A program made the position numbers and the translations under genes. From Alphaproteobacteria bacterium (lineage in GTDB: Bacteria > Pseudomonadota > Alphaproteobacteria > Rickettsiales > Deianiraeaceae), in the NCBI GenBank assembly GCA_030830305.1, contig JAURNI010000072.1, positions 1-42,570 of the forward strand: 42,570 nt of DNA, in the 5' to 3' direction. Under the pieces are notes generated by a model. That model saw only the letters and a list, made by a program, of their open reading frames with translations, made no database searches and was not told the origin of the DNA. Below are positions 18,649 through 28,532 of this stretch, piece by piece; within the stretch, counting starts at the first letter, position 1, and each line of letters starts with the position of its first letter.

Positions 18649-20523
18649 TTAATCCAAATCCTTCACAACTTTCAATCCTAATTTCTTTAAGCGTTTTTTT
18701 GCTGACAATGTTTCCTCTTTCAACTGCCTTTCTGTAAAAATTCTAAGTTCTTCAAGTTGTTTTTCTTCAACAAAAGATGGTGCATTCATTAGTAAATCCT
18801 CCGCTTTTCCGTTGAGTGGGAAGGCAATGATATCCCGAATTGAATTTGTTCCCGCAAGAAGCATGACGATGCGGTCAATCCCTGGGGCAATTCCACCATG
18901 GGGAGGAGCCCCATACGAAAACGCTTTAACCATTCCAGCAAATTGAGTGCGAACCTGTTCCTCTGTGTAACCGGCAATTTCAAACGCTTTGAACATGACA
19001 TCAAGTTTGTGGTTACGAATTGCTCCCGAAGAAAGCTCAATCCCGTTGCAGACGATATCGTATTGGTAGGCTTTGATTGTGAGGGGGTCTTTCTTCAACA
19101 AACTATCCATTCCCCCCTGTGGCATTGAAAATGGGTTGTGGGAGAACTCAATTTTCTTTTCGTCCTCGTTGTATTCGTAAAATGGGAAGTCAACGATCCA
19201 GCAGAATTCAAAATGGTTTTTGTTAATTAGGTTAAGGTCGTTCCCCACTTTTGTGCGAACAAGCCCCGCAAGTTTTGCTGCAAAATTTTTCTTTCCACAT
19301 GCAAAAAATATGGCATCGCCATCTTGTAGGTTTCCCGCTTGCTTGATTGAATCAATAAGGACTTTAAACTCTTCTTCATGAATTGCCTCGCCTTCTTTAT
19401 TAACTTTATACGCATTACGAATTGGGCAGTTTTTTACCGTGCCGTCTTCAAAAACCATGTAAGCTATTCCAAATTCTGCTCCGTTTTGTTTTGCAAAATT
19501 TTGCATTTCGGTCTTAAAATATTCGGTTGATTTCCCATGTTTTGGTACTGGTATTGCACGCACAACTTCGCCTTTTTCAACCGCACTTGCAAACACTTTA
19601 AATTTTGAGAAAGCAAAAATCTTACTTGCATCAAAAATTTCAATTGGGTTGCGTAAATCTGGTTTATCATTACCGTATTTTAGCATTGAAACATCATACG
19701 GTATGCGTTTAAATGGAATTGGTGACACCGATTTTCCATTGGCAAACTTGGTAAAGACATCATACATTACAGGCTCAATTGCGGAAAATACATCTTCCTG
19801 AGTTGCAAATGACATTTCAATATCAAGTTGGTAGAATTCCCCAGGAGAGCGGTCAGCACGGGCGTCTTCGTCCCGAAAACATGGTGCAATTTGAAAATAT
19901 TTTTCAAAGCCTGACATCATTAGCAGTTGTTTAAACTGTTGCGGAGCCTGTGGAAGTGCATAAAACTTCCCTGCGTGGATACGGCTTGGCACAAGGAAAT
20001 CCCTTGCTCCCTCTGGTGAAGATGCAGTTAAAATTGGTGTTTGAAATTCAACAAATCCTTCTTGTTCCATGCGTTTGCGAATATAGGAAATTACAGATGA
20101 GCGAAGCAGAATGTTGTTACGCGTTTTTTCGGTGCGAAGGTCAAGAAAACGGTATTGAAGGCGAAGGTCTTCTGAAATTTCATCATCGCTATTAATTTGG
20201 AATGGAATTTGGTTTGCTTCATTTTCAATAATAATTTCACTTGCAACAACTTCAACTTTACCAGATTTCAAACTCAAGTTAACTGCTCCATCGGGACGAA
20301 GACGGACAACTCCAACAATTTTTACAACAGACTCCAATTTAATTTTGGAAGCAAAATCAATCATTTCCTGCTTTTCTACCACAACCTGTACCTTCTCCCC
20401 AAAGGCACGAATATCCAAAAATAACACGCCACCGTGGTCTCTTTTATTATGAAGCCAACCAGCAATTTGAATATTCTTGTTTAAAATATTTTCTGAAATT
20501 TGGGAAAGCTTATGTAGTTGCAT
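18649..20523 (-). CDS. aspS: aspartate--tRNA ligase
   Basis: Bacterial-type AspRS: MQLHKLSQ..IQIAGWLHNKRDHGGVLFLDIR, FQTPILTASSPEGARDF, QAPQQFKQLLM, FRDEDARADRSPEFYQLD-type block FRDEDARADRSPGEFYQLDIE and GGIAPGIDRIVMLL. The start is trimmed to Met80 of the track ORF (ATG at 20523), giving 624 aa. Confidence 0.94.
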   Translation of the reverse strand: MQLHKLSQISENILNKNIQIAGWLHNKRDHGGVLFLDIRAFGEKVQVVVEKQEMIDFASKIKLESVVKIVGVVRLRPDGAVNLSLKSGKVEVVASEIIIENEANQIPFQINSDDEISEDLRLQYRFLDLRTEKTRNNILLRSSVISYIRKRMEQEGFVEFQTPILTASSPEGARDFLVPSRIHAGKFYALPQAPQQFKQLLMMSGFEKYFQIAPCFRDEDARADRSPGEFYQLDIEMSFATQEDVFSAIEPVMYDVFTKFANGKSVSPIPFKRIPYDVSMLKYGNDKPDLRNPIEIFDASKIFAFSKFKVFASAVEKGEVVRAIPVPKHGKSTEYFKTEMQNFAKQNGAEFGIAYMVFEDGTVKNCPIRNAYKVNKEGEAIHEEEFKVLIDSIKQAGNLQDGDAIFFACGKKNFAAKLAGLVRTKVGNDLNLINKNHFEFCWIVDFPFYEYNEDEKKIEFSHNPFSMPQGGMDSLLKKDPLTIKAYQYDIVCNGIELSSGAIRNHKLDVMFKAFEIAGYTEEQVRTQFAGMVKAFSYGAPPHGGIAPGIDRIVMLLAGTNSIRDIIAFPLNGKAEDLLMNAPSFVEEKQLEELRIFTERQLKEETLSAKKRLKKLGLKVVKDLD

Positions 20524-20533
20524 TTTTTGGAAA

Positions 20534-20561
20534 ATTATATTCAATTTAACCACTCTTACAA
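20534..20561 (-). promoter_or_regulatory. candidate promoter for aspS (very short leader)
   Basis: On the minus strand: TTGTAA (20561-20556), a 16-nt spacer, then TATAAT (20539-20534). The -10 ends only 10 nt before the aspS ATG, and no Shine-Dalgarno sequence is visible. Confidence 0.25.
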
Positions 20562-20586
20562 CATGAAAAATAAAATCAAGAATTTC

Positions 20587-20615
20587 TTGACTGTTATTAT
20601 GCTTTCTTTTATAAC
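20587..20615 (+). promoter_or_regulatory. candidate sigma70-type promoter for infB
   Basis: TTGACT (20587-20592), a 17-nt spacer, then TATAAC (20610-20615), 30 nt upstream of the infB ATG in the aspS/infB divergent gap. Confidence 0.45.
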
Positions 20616-20644
20616 ATACTGTATAAATTTTAAGCATAGCAATA

Positions 20645-23125
20645 ATGCCGAATAAAAAAACAATATCACTTGGTAAAATATCTCTCGAAAATTCCGGAAT
20701 TAACAAGGAAGATATTATAAAAAAATTCATTAAAAATACCGGTTCAGCAATTGTACACAAAAATGTTGAACCAATTCCAGCTCAAGACGAAGAAAGATCT
20801 TCACCTTCGTATTCATCTCCATATGATATTCCCGATGAAGAGCTTCTTAGGCGCGTTGAAGTTGCAACTACTCAAAAAGAAGAAGATGTTCGTTATCAAT
20901 TAACAAATAAGATACAAAAATTAAAACCAACAAAAGACATTCACAACATTGTTATACCGACAAAACTCGACATTAAAGTTAAAAAAGTTGAAAAAAAGAA
21001 ACAGGTTGAAACCGAAGAAGACAATTTTCATATTTTTGGTAAAACATCTGAACCCAATGTAAATGGTGGTGGTATTGTCATTAATGTAGCTGACGAAGAG
21101 GAAACCGCTCAAAAAGAAGATCATAGAGACAAGTCAATTATTGAAAAACACTTAAGGCATTATAAATATCTTGAATTTGACGAAGAAAAAGAAATAGACA
21201 GTCTTAAAGCGGGAGAAAATCTCCGTGCACTTCTTGCACAAAAACGAAATGAAGAAGATGATGAAGAAATTGAAGTTGTATCAACATTTATTGCAGAAGA
21301 AAAAACCCGCAAAAAGAAAAAGCCAAACTCTTTTGGGGGAAAGAAAAAAAATAACCAAAACCAAGTACAATCTAAACAAATCAAACAAGTTGAAATTCCT
21401 GATATCATTTCAATTCAGGAGCTTGCCAGTCGTTTATCATTAAAAGTTAATCTTGTAGTTGAAAAAGCAAAATATATTGGTGAATTTGTTGAAGAGGATT
21501 CCATTATTGATGGTGACATTGCAGAGTTGATAGTTGAGGAGTTTGATCAAAAAGTACTTCGTGTTAAAGAAAAAACACCTGAAGATGTTTTAAACAGGAA
21601 AGCAGCAAATACAAATTTACAAACAGCAAATCCTGTTGTAACAGTAATGGGACATGTTGATCATGGCAAAACCTCTCTTCTAGATGCCCTTAGAAAAACA
21701 GATGTAGCACTTGGAGAGGCAGGTGGTATTACTCAAGCAATTGGTGCGTATCAAGTCACTCTTCCTTCCGGTAAAAAAATTACATTCATTGATACTCCAG
21801 GACACGAAGCCTTTACCGCTATGCGTGCAAGAGGTGCAAATGCTACAGATATCATTGTTCTTGTAATTGCAGCTGATGATTCAATTAATACCCAAACCAT
21901 TGAGGCTATTCATCATGCTAAAGCAGCAAAATGTCCAATTATTGTTGCAGTCAATAAAATGGATTTACCAAGTGCTAATTTGCAGAAGGTAAAAGAGGAT
22001 TTACTTTCACATGATTTAGTTCCGGAAGATTTTGGTGGTGATATTGCCGTTCTTCCTGTTTCTGCACTAAAGAAAACCGGTCTCAAAGAACTTGAAGAAC
22101 GCATTTTGCTTCAAGCAGATGTAATGTCATTAAAGGCGAACTATGCGGGGCATGCTGGTGGTGTTGTACTTGAATCAAGATTGGACAACAAAAGAGGTGT
22201 TATTGTAACTGTATTAATTAAACACGGTGTTCTAAAAAACGGAGATGTTATTCTTGCGGGAACAACATTTGGAAGAGTTAGAAAAATGATTGATGATAAA
22301 TCTCAAACCGTTGAAGAAGCACTTCCTGCGATGCCTGTTGAGGTGTATGGTTTTAATGAAGTGCCTCAAGCCGGTGAAAGATTTTTTGTTCTTGAAAGTG
22401 AAAAATCAGCAAGAGAGGTAATTTCTCACAGAATGCAAAGAAAGCAAGAAGAGGAAATGGATACCAGAAGTAATGATGACCCGTTTGCAGCATTACTGAA
22501 AAAAGATAAAAAAGAAGTGAATGTTCTTATTAGAGCTGACACCCAAGGTAGTGTTGATGCAATTAAGTTCTCGCTTGCAAAAATTTCACACGAGGAAATC
22601 AAGCTTCACATTGTTCAATGTTTGGTTGGTAATGTAACAGAGGCAGATATTCTGCTTTCAAAAACAAATAATGCAACAATTTTTGCTTTTAATGTGGCAG
22701 TTGGGTCAAATGAAGAAATGCTTGCAAGAAAACATGGTATTGCAATTAGAGAACATTCAATAATATATAAAATGATTGATGAAATCAAAGCATTACTTTC
22801 AAAATCTTTAGCACCTGTTGTTGTTGAAACAAAAGTTGGTGTTGCATCTGTAAGACAAGTATTTGATGTTTCCAAATCGGGAAAAATTGCCGGACTATTT
22901 GTCCAAGATGGCGTTGTTAAAAGAGGTTCTCTTGCAAAAGTTTTACGAAACGGTGAAATAGTTGGGCAAGGAAATATAAAAACTCTTAAACATTTCCAGG
23001 AGGATGTTAAAACCATTCAGCAAGGAAAAGAATGTGGTATGCAAATGGAAAAATTTGAAGCATTCCAAATTGGAGATATTATTGAAATTTATGATATTAC
23101 CTACGAGGAAAACAAAATTAGTTAA
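20645..23125 (+). CDS. infB: translation initiation factor IF-2
   Basis: 826 aa. A charged, low-complexity N-terminal region is followed by the G domain [35 protein letters not shown] and NKMD, then the IF-2 C-terminal domains. Confidence 0.96.
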   Translation: MPNKKTISLGKISLENSGINKEDIIKKFIKNTGSAIVHKNVEPIPAQDEERSSPSYSSPYDIPDEELLRRVEVATTQKEEDVRYQLTNKIQKLKPTKDIHNIVIPTKLDIKVKKVEKKKQVETEEDNFHIFGKTSEPNVNGGGIVINVADEEETAQKEDHRDKSIIEKHLRHYKYLEFDEEKEIDSLKAGENLRALLAQKRNEEDDEEIEVVSTFIAEEKTRKKKKPNSFGGKKKNNQNQVQSKQIKQVEIPDIISIQELASRLSLKVNLVVEKAKYIGEFVEEDSIIDGDIAELIVEEFDQKVLRVKEKTPEDVLNRKAANTNLQTANPVVTVMGHVDHGKTSLLDALRKTDVALGEAGGITQAIGAYQVTLPSGKKITFIDTPGHEAFTAMRARGANATDIIVLVIAADDSINTQTIEAIHHAKAAKCPIIVAVNKMDLPSANLQKVKEDLLSHDLVPEDFGGDIAVLPVSALKKTGLKELEERILLQADVMSLKANYAGHAGGVVLESRLDNKRGVIVTVLIKHGVLKNGDVILAGTTFGRVRKMIDDKSQTVEEALPAMPVEVYGFNEVPQAGERFFVLESEKSAREVISHRMQRKQEEEMDTRSNDDPFAALLKKDKKEVNVLIRADTQGSVDAIKFSLAKISHEEIKLHIVQCLVGNVTEADILLSKTNNATIFAFNVAVGSNEEMLARKHGIAIREHSIIYKMIDEIKALLSKSLAPVVVETKVGVASVRQVFDVSKSGKIAGLFVQDGVVKRGSLAKVLRNGEIVGQGNIKTLKHFQEDVKTIQQGKECGMQMEKFEAFQIGDIIEIYDITYEENKIS

Positions 23126-23133
23126 ATTATCTA

Positions 23134-26100
23134 ATGCTTCATCTTATTGACTTCTTTTTTTCAAAAAAAAGATTTACCATATTTGTAGCTGTTATGCTGC
23201 TAATATTTGGTATGAAGTCTTACCAAATGATTGCAAAAGAAGGTGCACCGCAAATTAAAGTTCCTTATATTTTTGTCTCTATTTTTGCAGAGGGCTTTTC
23301 CCCAAAAGATAGTGAGAAAATGATACTTAAACCTTTAGAAAAAGAGCTTTCTAAAATTCAAGGTATAAAAAACATTACAGCATATTCCTATGTAAATAAT
23401 GCGTCTGTTGTTGTGGAATTTGATCCAAGTGTAGATATTTCTGTTGCAATGAGTGATGTTAGAGATAAAACCGCCATCGCTAAAGCTGAGTTTCCAAAAG
23501 AAATTGAAGAGCCTGTAATTTCTGAAGTTGACTTAAGCGCTATGCCTGTTCTCAACGTTGCATTACTTGCAGATGATTTATCATCTGTAATGTCGATTGC
23601 TAGAGATCTAAAAGATGAAATAGAGTCAATCGCAGATATTTTAAAGGTTGAAATTAAAGGTGAACAAATTGAAGCAATAGAAATTAGGGTTCTTCCTGAA
23701 ACATTAAAGCAATTTGGTATCTCGATTGATGACATACTTAAAATACAAAATAACAATAAACTAATCTCTTCCGGATTCATGCGATCGGAATCTGGTGAAT
23801 TTTCTGTAAATGTACCATCTTTAATTAAAAATATTAATGACATCAAAGAGCTTCCTATTAAAACAAAAAATGGTATAGTAATAAAATTACAAGATGTTGC
23901 CACTATTGTTAAAACTCATAAAGAACAAGCTAGTATTGCAAGAATTAATGGAAAGAAAGCCGTGGTTCTTGAAGTTTCAAAGCGTTCCGGTGCAAATATT
24001 ATTCAAACAATAAAACAAGTTCATGAAAAAGTTGATTTATACGCTGGTAGTCTTGGTGGTAGTATTGAAATTCTTTACATGAGGGATACATCAAATAAAA
24101 TTCAAGATTCCCTAAGTAATTTACAAAATGAAATCATTTTTGCTTCAATAATTGTTCTTTTGTTGGTAATGCAAATTGTTGGCTTTAGACAAGCCATTCT
24201 TATTAGCATTTCTTTGCCATTATCATTTTTCATTTCAATTTGGATTTTATATTTACTTGGAATAAGTTTGAATATTGTTGTACTTTTTGGTTTGGTTTTA
24301 TCGATTGGTATGATAGTTGATGCAAGTTCTATTATTGTTGAATACGCAAGCCAACAAATTAAATATGGAATGAAAGTTGGGGAAGCATACAGCATGGCAG
24401 TACGTAGAATGTATATCCCTGCAATTATTTCAACTGCTACAGTATTGATAGTTTCAGCACCATTGCTTGCGTTTCCAGGTATTATCGGTGGTTTTATGAA
24501 ATACCTTCCATTAACTCTTATTGTAGTGTTATCTTCGTCGTTATTTGTTGCATTATTTATAATGCCAACACTTGGTGCACTTTTTGATAAACCGATTAAA
24601 GAGAGTGAACAAGAAATTATAATTGAAGATTTATCAATTAAAAAGCTGTTACAATTAAAAGGAGTAACAGGTTTTTATGCAAGATTCTTATTTAAAACCA
24701 TTAAAAAACCTTTTGTTTCTTTGTTTTGGTTGTGTTTTATAATGTTTACCATTATTGGGTTGTATATTTTCTTCAACAAAGGTGTGGAATTTTTTCCAAA
24801 CATTGAAACGAATTATATTCGTGGATTTGTGCGTGGCGTTGGTAACATTTCGTTAGAAGAAAAAGAAAAGGTAATGAATTCTGTTGCACAAAAAGTTGTT
24901 AAAGAAATCGGTGATGAAGTAGATGTTTATTATACTTTTGCCGGTGGCACGGGTGGTAATTCGGAAAATATCCCAAAAGATGCAATTGGTGTTGTTGATA
25001 TCCAGCTTGTTGATTGGCAAATTAGAAGAAGAGCATCTCAAATTATTCAACATTTAAGAGAAACTGTTCATGAAGATGGATTTATTGTTAATTTTGACAA
25101 GGAAAAAGATGGCCCTCCGCAATCAACTGATATTTACTATGAGGTATTCGGAAGTACTCTTGAGGAAATTGACAGTGCCGTTTTGAAAATGAAAGAATAT
25201 TTAGATTTACAACATTCATTACAGAATGTTGAAACAACAAAAGCTCCACCAAAGATTGAATACCAAATTATAGTCGACAAACCTCTTGCAATGAAATACA
25301 GTATTGATGCCGCTGCGATTGCAGGATATGTGAAGTTGTCAACAAATGGTGTATTAATTGATAAATACTCTCCAGACTATCTTAGTGAAAAATCGGAAAT
25401 TATTTTAAGATATCCAGCAAATGAGCGAAATATCTCACAAATACTTAATAGTTTTGTTGTAAAAGATAGCCAATCAATTCCAATTGCAAATTTTATCAAA
25501 ATTCTTAAGAATGATGAACTTGTTGAGATTGTCAGAAAAAATGGCAAGCCAATGCTTGCATTAAAGGCGAACATTAAAGATTCTTATATAAGTGATAATG
25601 GTGCAGTGGTTTCCGTTATTAAATCTGAAGAAAAAGCAAAAATCTTTAAAAATTTACAAGACATTGCATTTAAATATGGTGTTTCACTATATGCAGGCGG
25701 AACCGATGAGGATCAAAAAGAAACGATGCAATTTTTGCAAATGGCGTTTTCAATTGCATTAATTGTAATATTTCTTGTATTTTTGGTTGAATTTAATTCA
25801 TTTGGTTATGCGCTCATTATTATGAGTTCGGTATTTCTTTCAATTATTGGTGTGTTACTGGGTTTAGTGATATCACAGAATCCCCTTGGTATTGTGATGT
25901 GTGGAATTGGAATAATAGCTCTTGCTGGAATTGTAGTGAGTAATAATTTGATATATCTTGATTTTTTTCAAACCTTTAAAAGGAAGAGTACTGTTGCAAC
26001 ACAAGAAGCTTTAATTAAAGCCGCTATTTTGCGTGCAAAGCCTATTATACTTACAAGTATGACAAATGTTGTTGGATTACTTCCGGCAATGTTTGGTGTT

Positions 26101-26337
26101 GGCATAGATTTTTCAAGTGGTGTTTTAACAATTAATTCTCCAACGGCACAATGGTGGATACAGCTATCTTCGGCAATTGCTGGTGGTTTAATGTTTTCAA
26201 CGCTCTTGACTTTATTTTTTACCCCTTCTAAAGTTTTACTTTACTTGAAGTTAAAGAGGTATGTTAAGAAGCATGTTAATAGTAATTCTATATTTTTTAT
26301 TGTTACTATTACAAGAAGGTTGTTCAAAAAAAAATAA
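23134..26337 (+). CDS. RND-family (AcrB-like) efflux transporter permease
   Basis: 1067 aa with the 12-TM plus two large loop architecture. The N-terminus is typical of RND pumps (FFSKKRFTIFVAVMLLIFGMKSYQMIAKEGAPQIKVPYIFVS). No membrane-fusion (adaptor) gene is adjacent. Confidence 0.85.
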   Translation: MLHLIDFFFSKKRFTIFVAVMLLIFGMKSYQMIAKEGAPQIKVPYIFVSIFAEGFSPKDSEKMILKPLEKELSKIQGIKNITAYSYVNNASVVVEFDPSVDISVAMSDVRDKTAIAKAEFPKEIEEPVISEVDLSAMPVLNVALLADDLSSVMSIARDLKDEIESIADILKVEIKGEQIEAIEIRVLPETLKQFGISIDDILKIQNNNKLISSGFMRSESGEFSVNVPSLIKNINDIKELPIKTKNGIVIKLQDVATIVKTHKEQASIARINGKKAVVLEVSKRSGANIIQTIKQVHEKVDLYAGSLGGSIEILYMRDTSNKIQDSLSNLQNEIIFASIIVLLLVMQIVGFRQAILISISLPLSFFISIWILYLLGISLNIVVLFGLVLSIGMIVDASSIIVEYASQQIKYGMKVGEAYSMAVRRMYIPAIISTATVLIVSAPLLAFPGIIGGFMKYLPLTLIVVLSSSLFVALFIMPTLGALFDKPIKESEQEIIIEDLSIKKLLQLKGVTGFYARFLFKTIKKPFVSLFWLCFIMFTIIGLYIFFNKGVEFFPNIETNYIRGFVRGVGNISLEEKEKVMNSVAQKVVKEIGDEVDVYYTFAGGTGGNSENIPKDAIGVVDIQLVDWQIRRRASQIIQHLRETVHEDGFIVNFDKEKDGPPQSTDIYYEVFGSTLEEIDSAVLKMKEYLDLQHSLQNVETTKAPPKIEYQIIVDKPLAMKYSIDAAAIAGYVKLSTNGVLIDKYSPDYLSEKSEIILRYPANERNISQILNSFVVKDSQSIPIANFIKILKNDELVEIVRKNGKPMLALKANIKDSYISDNGAVVSVIKSEEKAKIFKNLQDIAFKYGVSLYAGGTDEDQKETMQFLQMAFSIALIVIFLVFLVEFNSFGYALIIMSSVFLSIIGVLLGLVISQNPLGIVMCGIGIIALAGIVVSNNLIYLDFFQTFKRKSTVATQEALIKAAILRAKPIILTSMTNVVGLLPAMFGVGIDFSSGVLTINSPTAQWWIQLSSAIAGGLMFSTLLTLFFTPSKVLLYLKLKRYVKKHVNSNSIFFIVTITRRLFKKK

Positions 26338-26836
26338 CAGCTCTGTTGCAAACAATGCAGAATTTAACAAAAAATATAAAAACCAAGAAAAGATCTCACC
26401 GATTGGTAACATTGTTGCAAGAAGACAAAATGAGGATCTATTAGAAAAAAATTACAGGTATTATGCTCAAAAACATGATAAAGAGCAGGATAAATATCGT
26501 AAAAATCGTGAATATATGGATTTTCTTGCAAAAAATGATGTTAATGTCATAAAAGATATTGAAGTTGAAACTATGCCAAAAGAAAATCATAGATATATCA
26601 AACAAACTAAAGAAACCAATTCTTTAAGAGAATTAAATCGTTTAGCTTATACTGAAATTGAGTATGTAATGTTTATCAATCAAGCTTTACTTGAGAAGCA
26701 AAAATATCAAGAAAACGGAGATCCTATAATCCACCCATATGTGTATGATAAAATTCCACGCAATGACAGACATATTGTAATGGGTGATGAATACCATAAA
26801 TGGAATTCATGGTGTGAAGTAAACGGAGTATGTTAG
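26261..26836 (+). CDS. hypothetical secreted protein / putative lipoprotein
   Basis: 191 aa. It has a hydrophobic leader ending LLLLQEGC, with a Cys at position 21 as a possible lipobox cysteine, then a highly charged Lys/Glu/Asn-rich sequence. It overlaps the RND gene 3' end by 77 nt. ORFan. Confidence 0.4.
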   Translation: MLRSMLIVILYFLLLLLQEGCSKKNNSSVANNAEFNKKYKNQEKISPIGNIVARRQNEDLLEKNYRYYAQKHDKEQDKYRKNREYMDFLAKNDVNVIKDIEVETMPKENHRYIKQTKETNSLRELNRLAYTEIEYVMFINQALLEKQKYQENGDPIIHPYVYDKIPRNDRHIVMGDEYHKWNSWCEVNGVC

Positions 26837-26845
26837 TTAAGATTA

Positions 26846-27934
26846 TTACATCATTACAAATAGAATAATATAACCAACAATTAATGCTGGAATAAAGCTA
26901 TAAGCTGTTGCAATAATCGCTTTTTTTGGTTGCATTGCAATAGCAGGCATCAGCGCGTCACCATCGTTACTGATAGCATTGGAAATTTGTGCTGCAAATG
27001 GTACTGCACCATTGACATAAAATGTTGTAATAACAATTTGAGGTCCACATCCAGGAATTAAACCAATAACCGCTGCAACAAATGGTATGTAATAAATATT
27101 TGTTTGTACGAATTTTGAAATATCAAATTGTGTTAGCAAGAAAATCGACTGGTAAGTTAAGATACCAATTAATATCCATGAAATAATAAACCCCGATTCA
27201 ATTACCACCTTACTAAAGGTGTCAGAACATGCAATACATGAACTTTGCGTACAAGAGTGATTTGGATTTTTAAAGATCCATAGGAAGAGCGTTGAAAGTA
27301 TTCCAATAATTGCAAAACTTTGAATGGTTATCTCTCTAACTAGAGATGGAAAAAAGTAAAATATTGCGTTAACACCAAGCAAACCAATCCAAAAGTATGA
27401 AACAAAATGCGGAATTGTGCTTTTTCTTGCAGGGATTAAACTTGTACCTTCTTTTGGTTTTGCAAATTTTTCTTTTGAAAGGAAATCCACAAGGTACCCT
27501 GTCACAATTGCTGTGATACTTACAATTATAAAAAGCAATAATGCCATTTGTGGTTTTTTTTGTATCAATAAAATTGCTGCGTCACCCATTGTTGCAACTA
27601 ATGTTGCAACCATTGAACCAAAGGTTACATACCCTCTTGAATAATTCGTTACAACAATAATTGCTCCGCCGCAACCCGGCAGAACCCCCAAGAATGTTGC
27701 AACAGGAACTTGTAGTTTTTGATGCTTTATAAGAAAGCGAATCATGGCATTTTTAGTGTAATGTTCAAAAAAATAAATTACCAAAAGACTTGATGCTACA
27801 AACATACCGATACCGATGTAACTATCATAGATAGCTTGGTATAGATCATTTAAATTATTCTTAAAAAGAAAGCAAAAAAGTGCTATTGCGGAAACTTTAG
27901 CAAAATATGGTATAAAAGCCCTAAATTTTACCAT
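26846..27934 (-). CDS. multi-pass membrane transporter with an internal duplication (putative metal/ion exporter family)
   Basis: 362 aa with about 10 hydrophobic segments and two homologous half-repeats: LGVLPGCGGAIIVVTNYSRGYVTFGSMVATLVATMGDAAILLI and IGLIPGCGPQIVITTFYVNGAVPFAAQISNAISNDGDALMPAI. From memory it resembles the 10-TM putative heavy-metal/Mn exporter family. Not verified. Confidence 0.6.
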   Translation of the reverse strand: MVKFRAFIPYFAKVSAIALFCFLFKNNLNDLYQAIYDSYIGIGMFVASSLLVIYFFEHYTKNAMIRFLIKHQKLQVPVATFLGVLPGCGGAIIVVTNYSRGYVTFGSMVATLVATMGDAAILLIQKKPQMALLLFIIVSITAIVTGYLVDFLSKEKFAKPKEGTSLIPARKSTIPHFVSYFWIGLLGVNAIFYFFPSLVREITIQSFAIIGILSTLFLWIFKNPNHSCTQSSCIACSDTFSKVVIESGFIISWILIGILTYQSIFLLTQFDISKFVQTNIYYIPFVAAVIGLIPGCGPQIVITTFYVNGAVPFAAQISNAISNDGDALMPAIAMQPKKAIIATAYSFIPALIVGYIILFVMM

Positions 27935-27944
27935 TTTATATAAA

Positions 27945-27963
27945 GATAATGATATTGTATATC
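27945..27963. promoter_or_regulatory. Fur-box-like site upstream of the internally duplicated transporter gene
   Basis: GATAATGATATTGTATATC matches the 19-bp Fur box consensus GATAATGATAATCATTATC at 15/19 positions, with the first 10 perfect. It lies 11-29 nt upstream of the transporter ATG (27934, minus strand). The AT-rich background raises the chance-match rate. Confidence 0.35.
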
Positions 27964-28081
27964 AAACAATTATTATTAAAAAGTCAAGAGTTGTTATATA
28001 TTTTTGTAAACATTCTCACCTTGATTTTTTTAAAATGCGAAGTATTAATTTAACTTTATTAAAACTATATGAAATAGCAGT

Positions 28082-28513
28082 ATGTTTAATATAATTATTG
28101 GAATCGTTACAATTTTAACTTTTATTATTTTATGTATAGATATTCTTCCAAAGTGGTACCAAATACTTTTTGGAAAATGGAAAATATTCATTCAGCATAA
28201 TACCAATGTATTTGATATATACATTACTTTTCACAAAAAGTTTGCTATAAGTAGGATATTTTTAACAAAAAAATCACATTATGGATACAATGGTAGTGAT
28301 TTACACCCGCACACAACTCCGTTTCAATATAAAACATTTAATCAAATTGCCAACAACCATCATATTACAATTAAGTCAAATGATTTGCAATCTATTACCA
28401 TACACAATAAAGAGGTGGTTGCGAATAACAAAATAGAGTGGACAATAACATTGATAACAGCAGATGGAAAAGAAACACAACAATCGTTCACCATTCCAAC
28501 ATCAAACATCTAA
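28082..28513 (+). CDS. hypothetical protein with N-terminal TM anchor (ORFan)
   Basis: 143 aa. An N-terminal hydrophobic helix (IIIGIVTILTFIILCIDIL) is followed by a His/Asn/Thr-rich, beta-looking domain. No Shine-Dalgarno sequence and no family recognised. Confidence 0.35.
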   Translation: MFNIIIGIVTILTFIILCIDILPKWYQILFGKWKIFIQHNTNVFDIYITFHKKFAISRIFLTKKSHYGYNGSDLHPHTTPFQYKTFNQIANNHHITIKSNDLQSITIHNKEVVANNKIEWTITLITADGKETQQSFTIPTSNI

Positions 28514-28532
28514 CTTTTTGATTTACCAGACA

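Noticed and set aside
20524-20760. A 79-codon N-terminal extension of the aspS ORF that overlaps the infB start.
   Set aside because: The AspRS homology begins at MQLHKLSQ...IQIAGWLHNKRDHGG (ATG at 20523). The extension is hydrophobic and unconvincing and would overlap the infB promoter and start, so the gene was trimmed.
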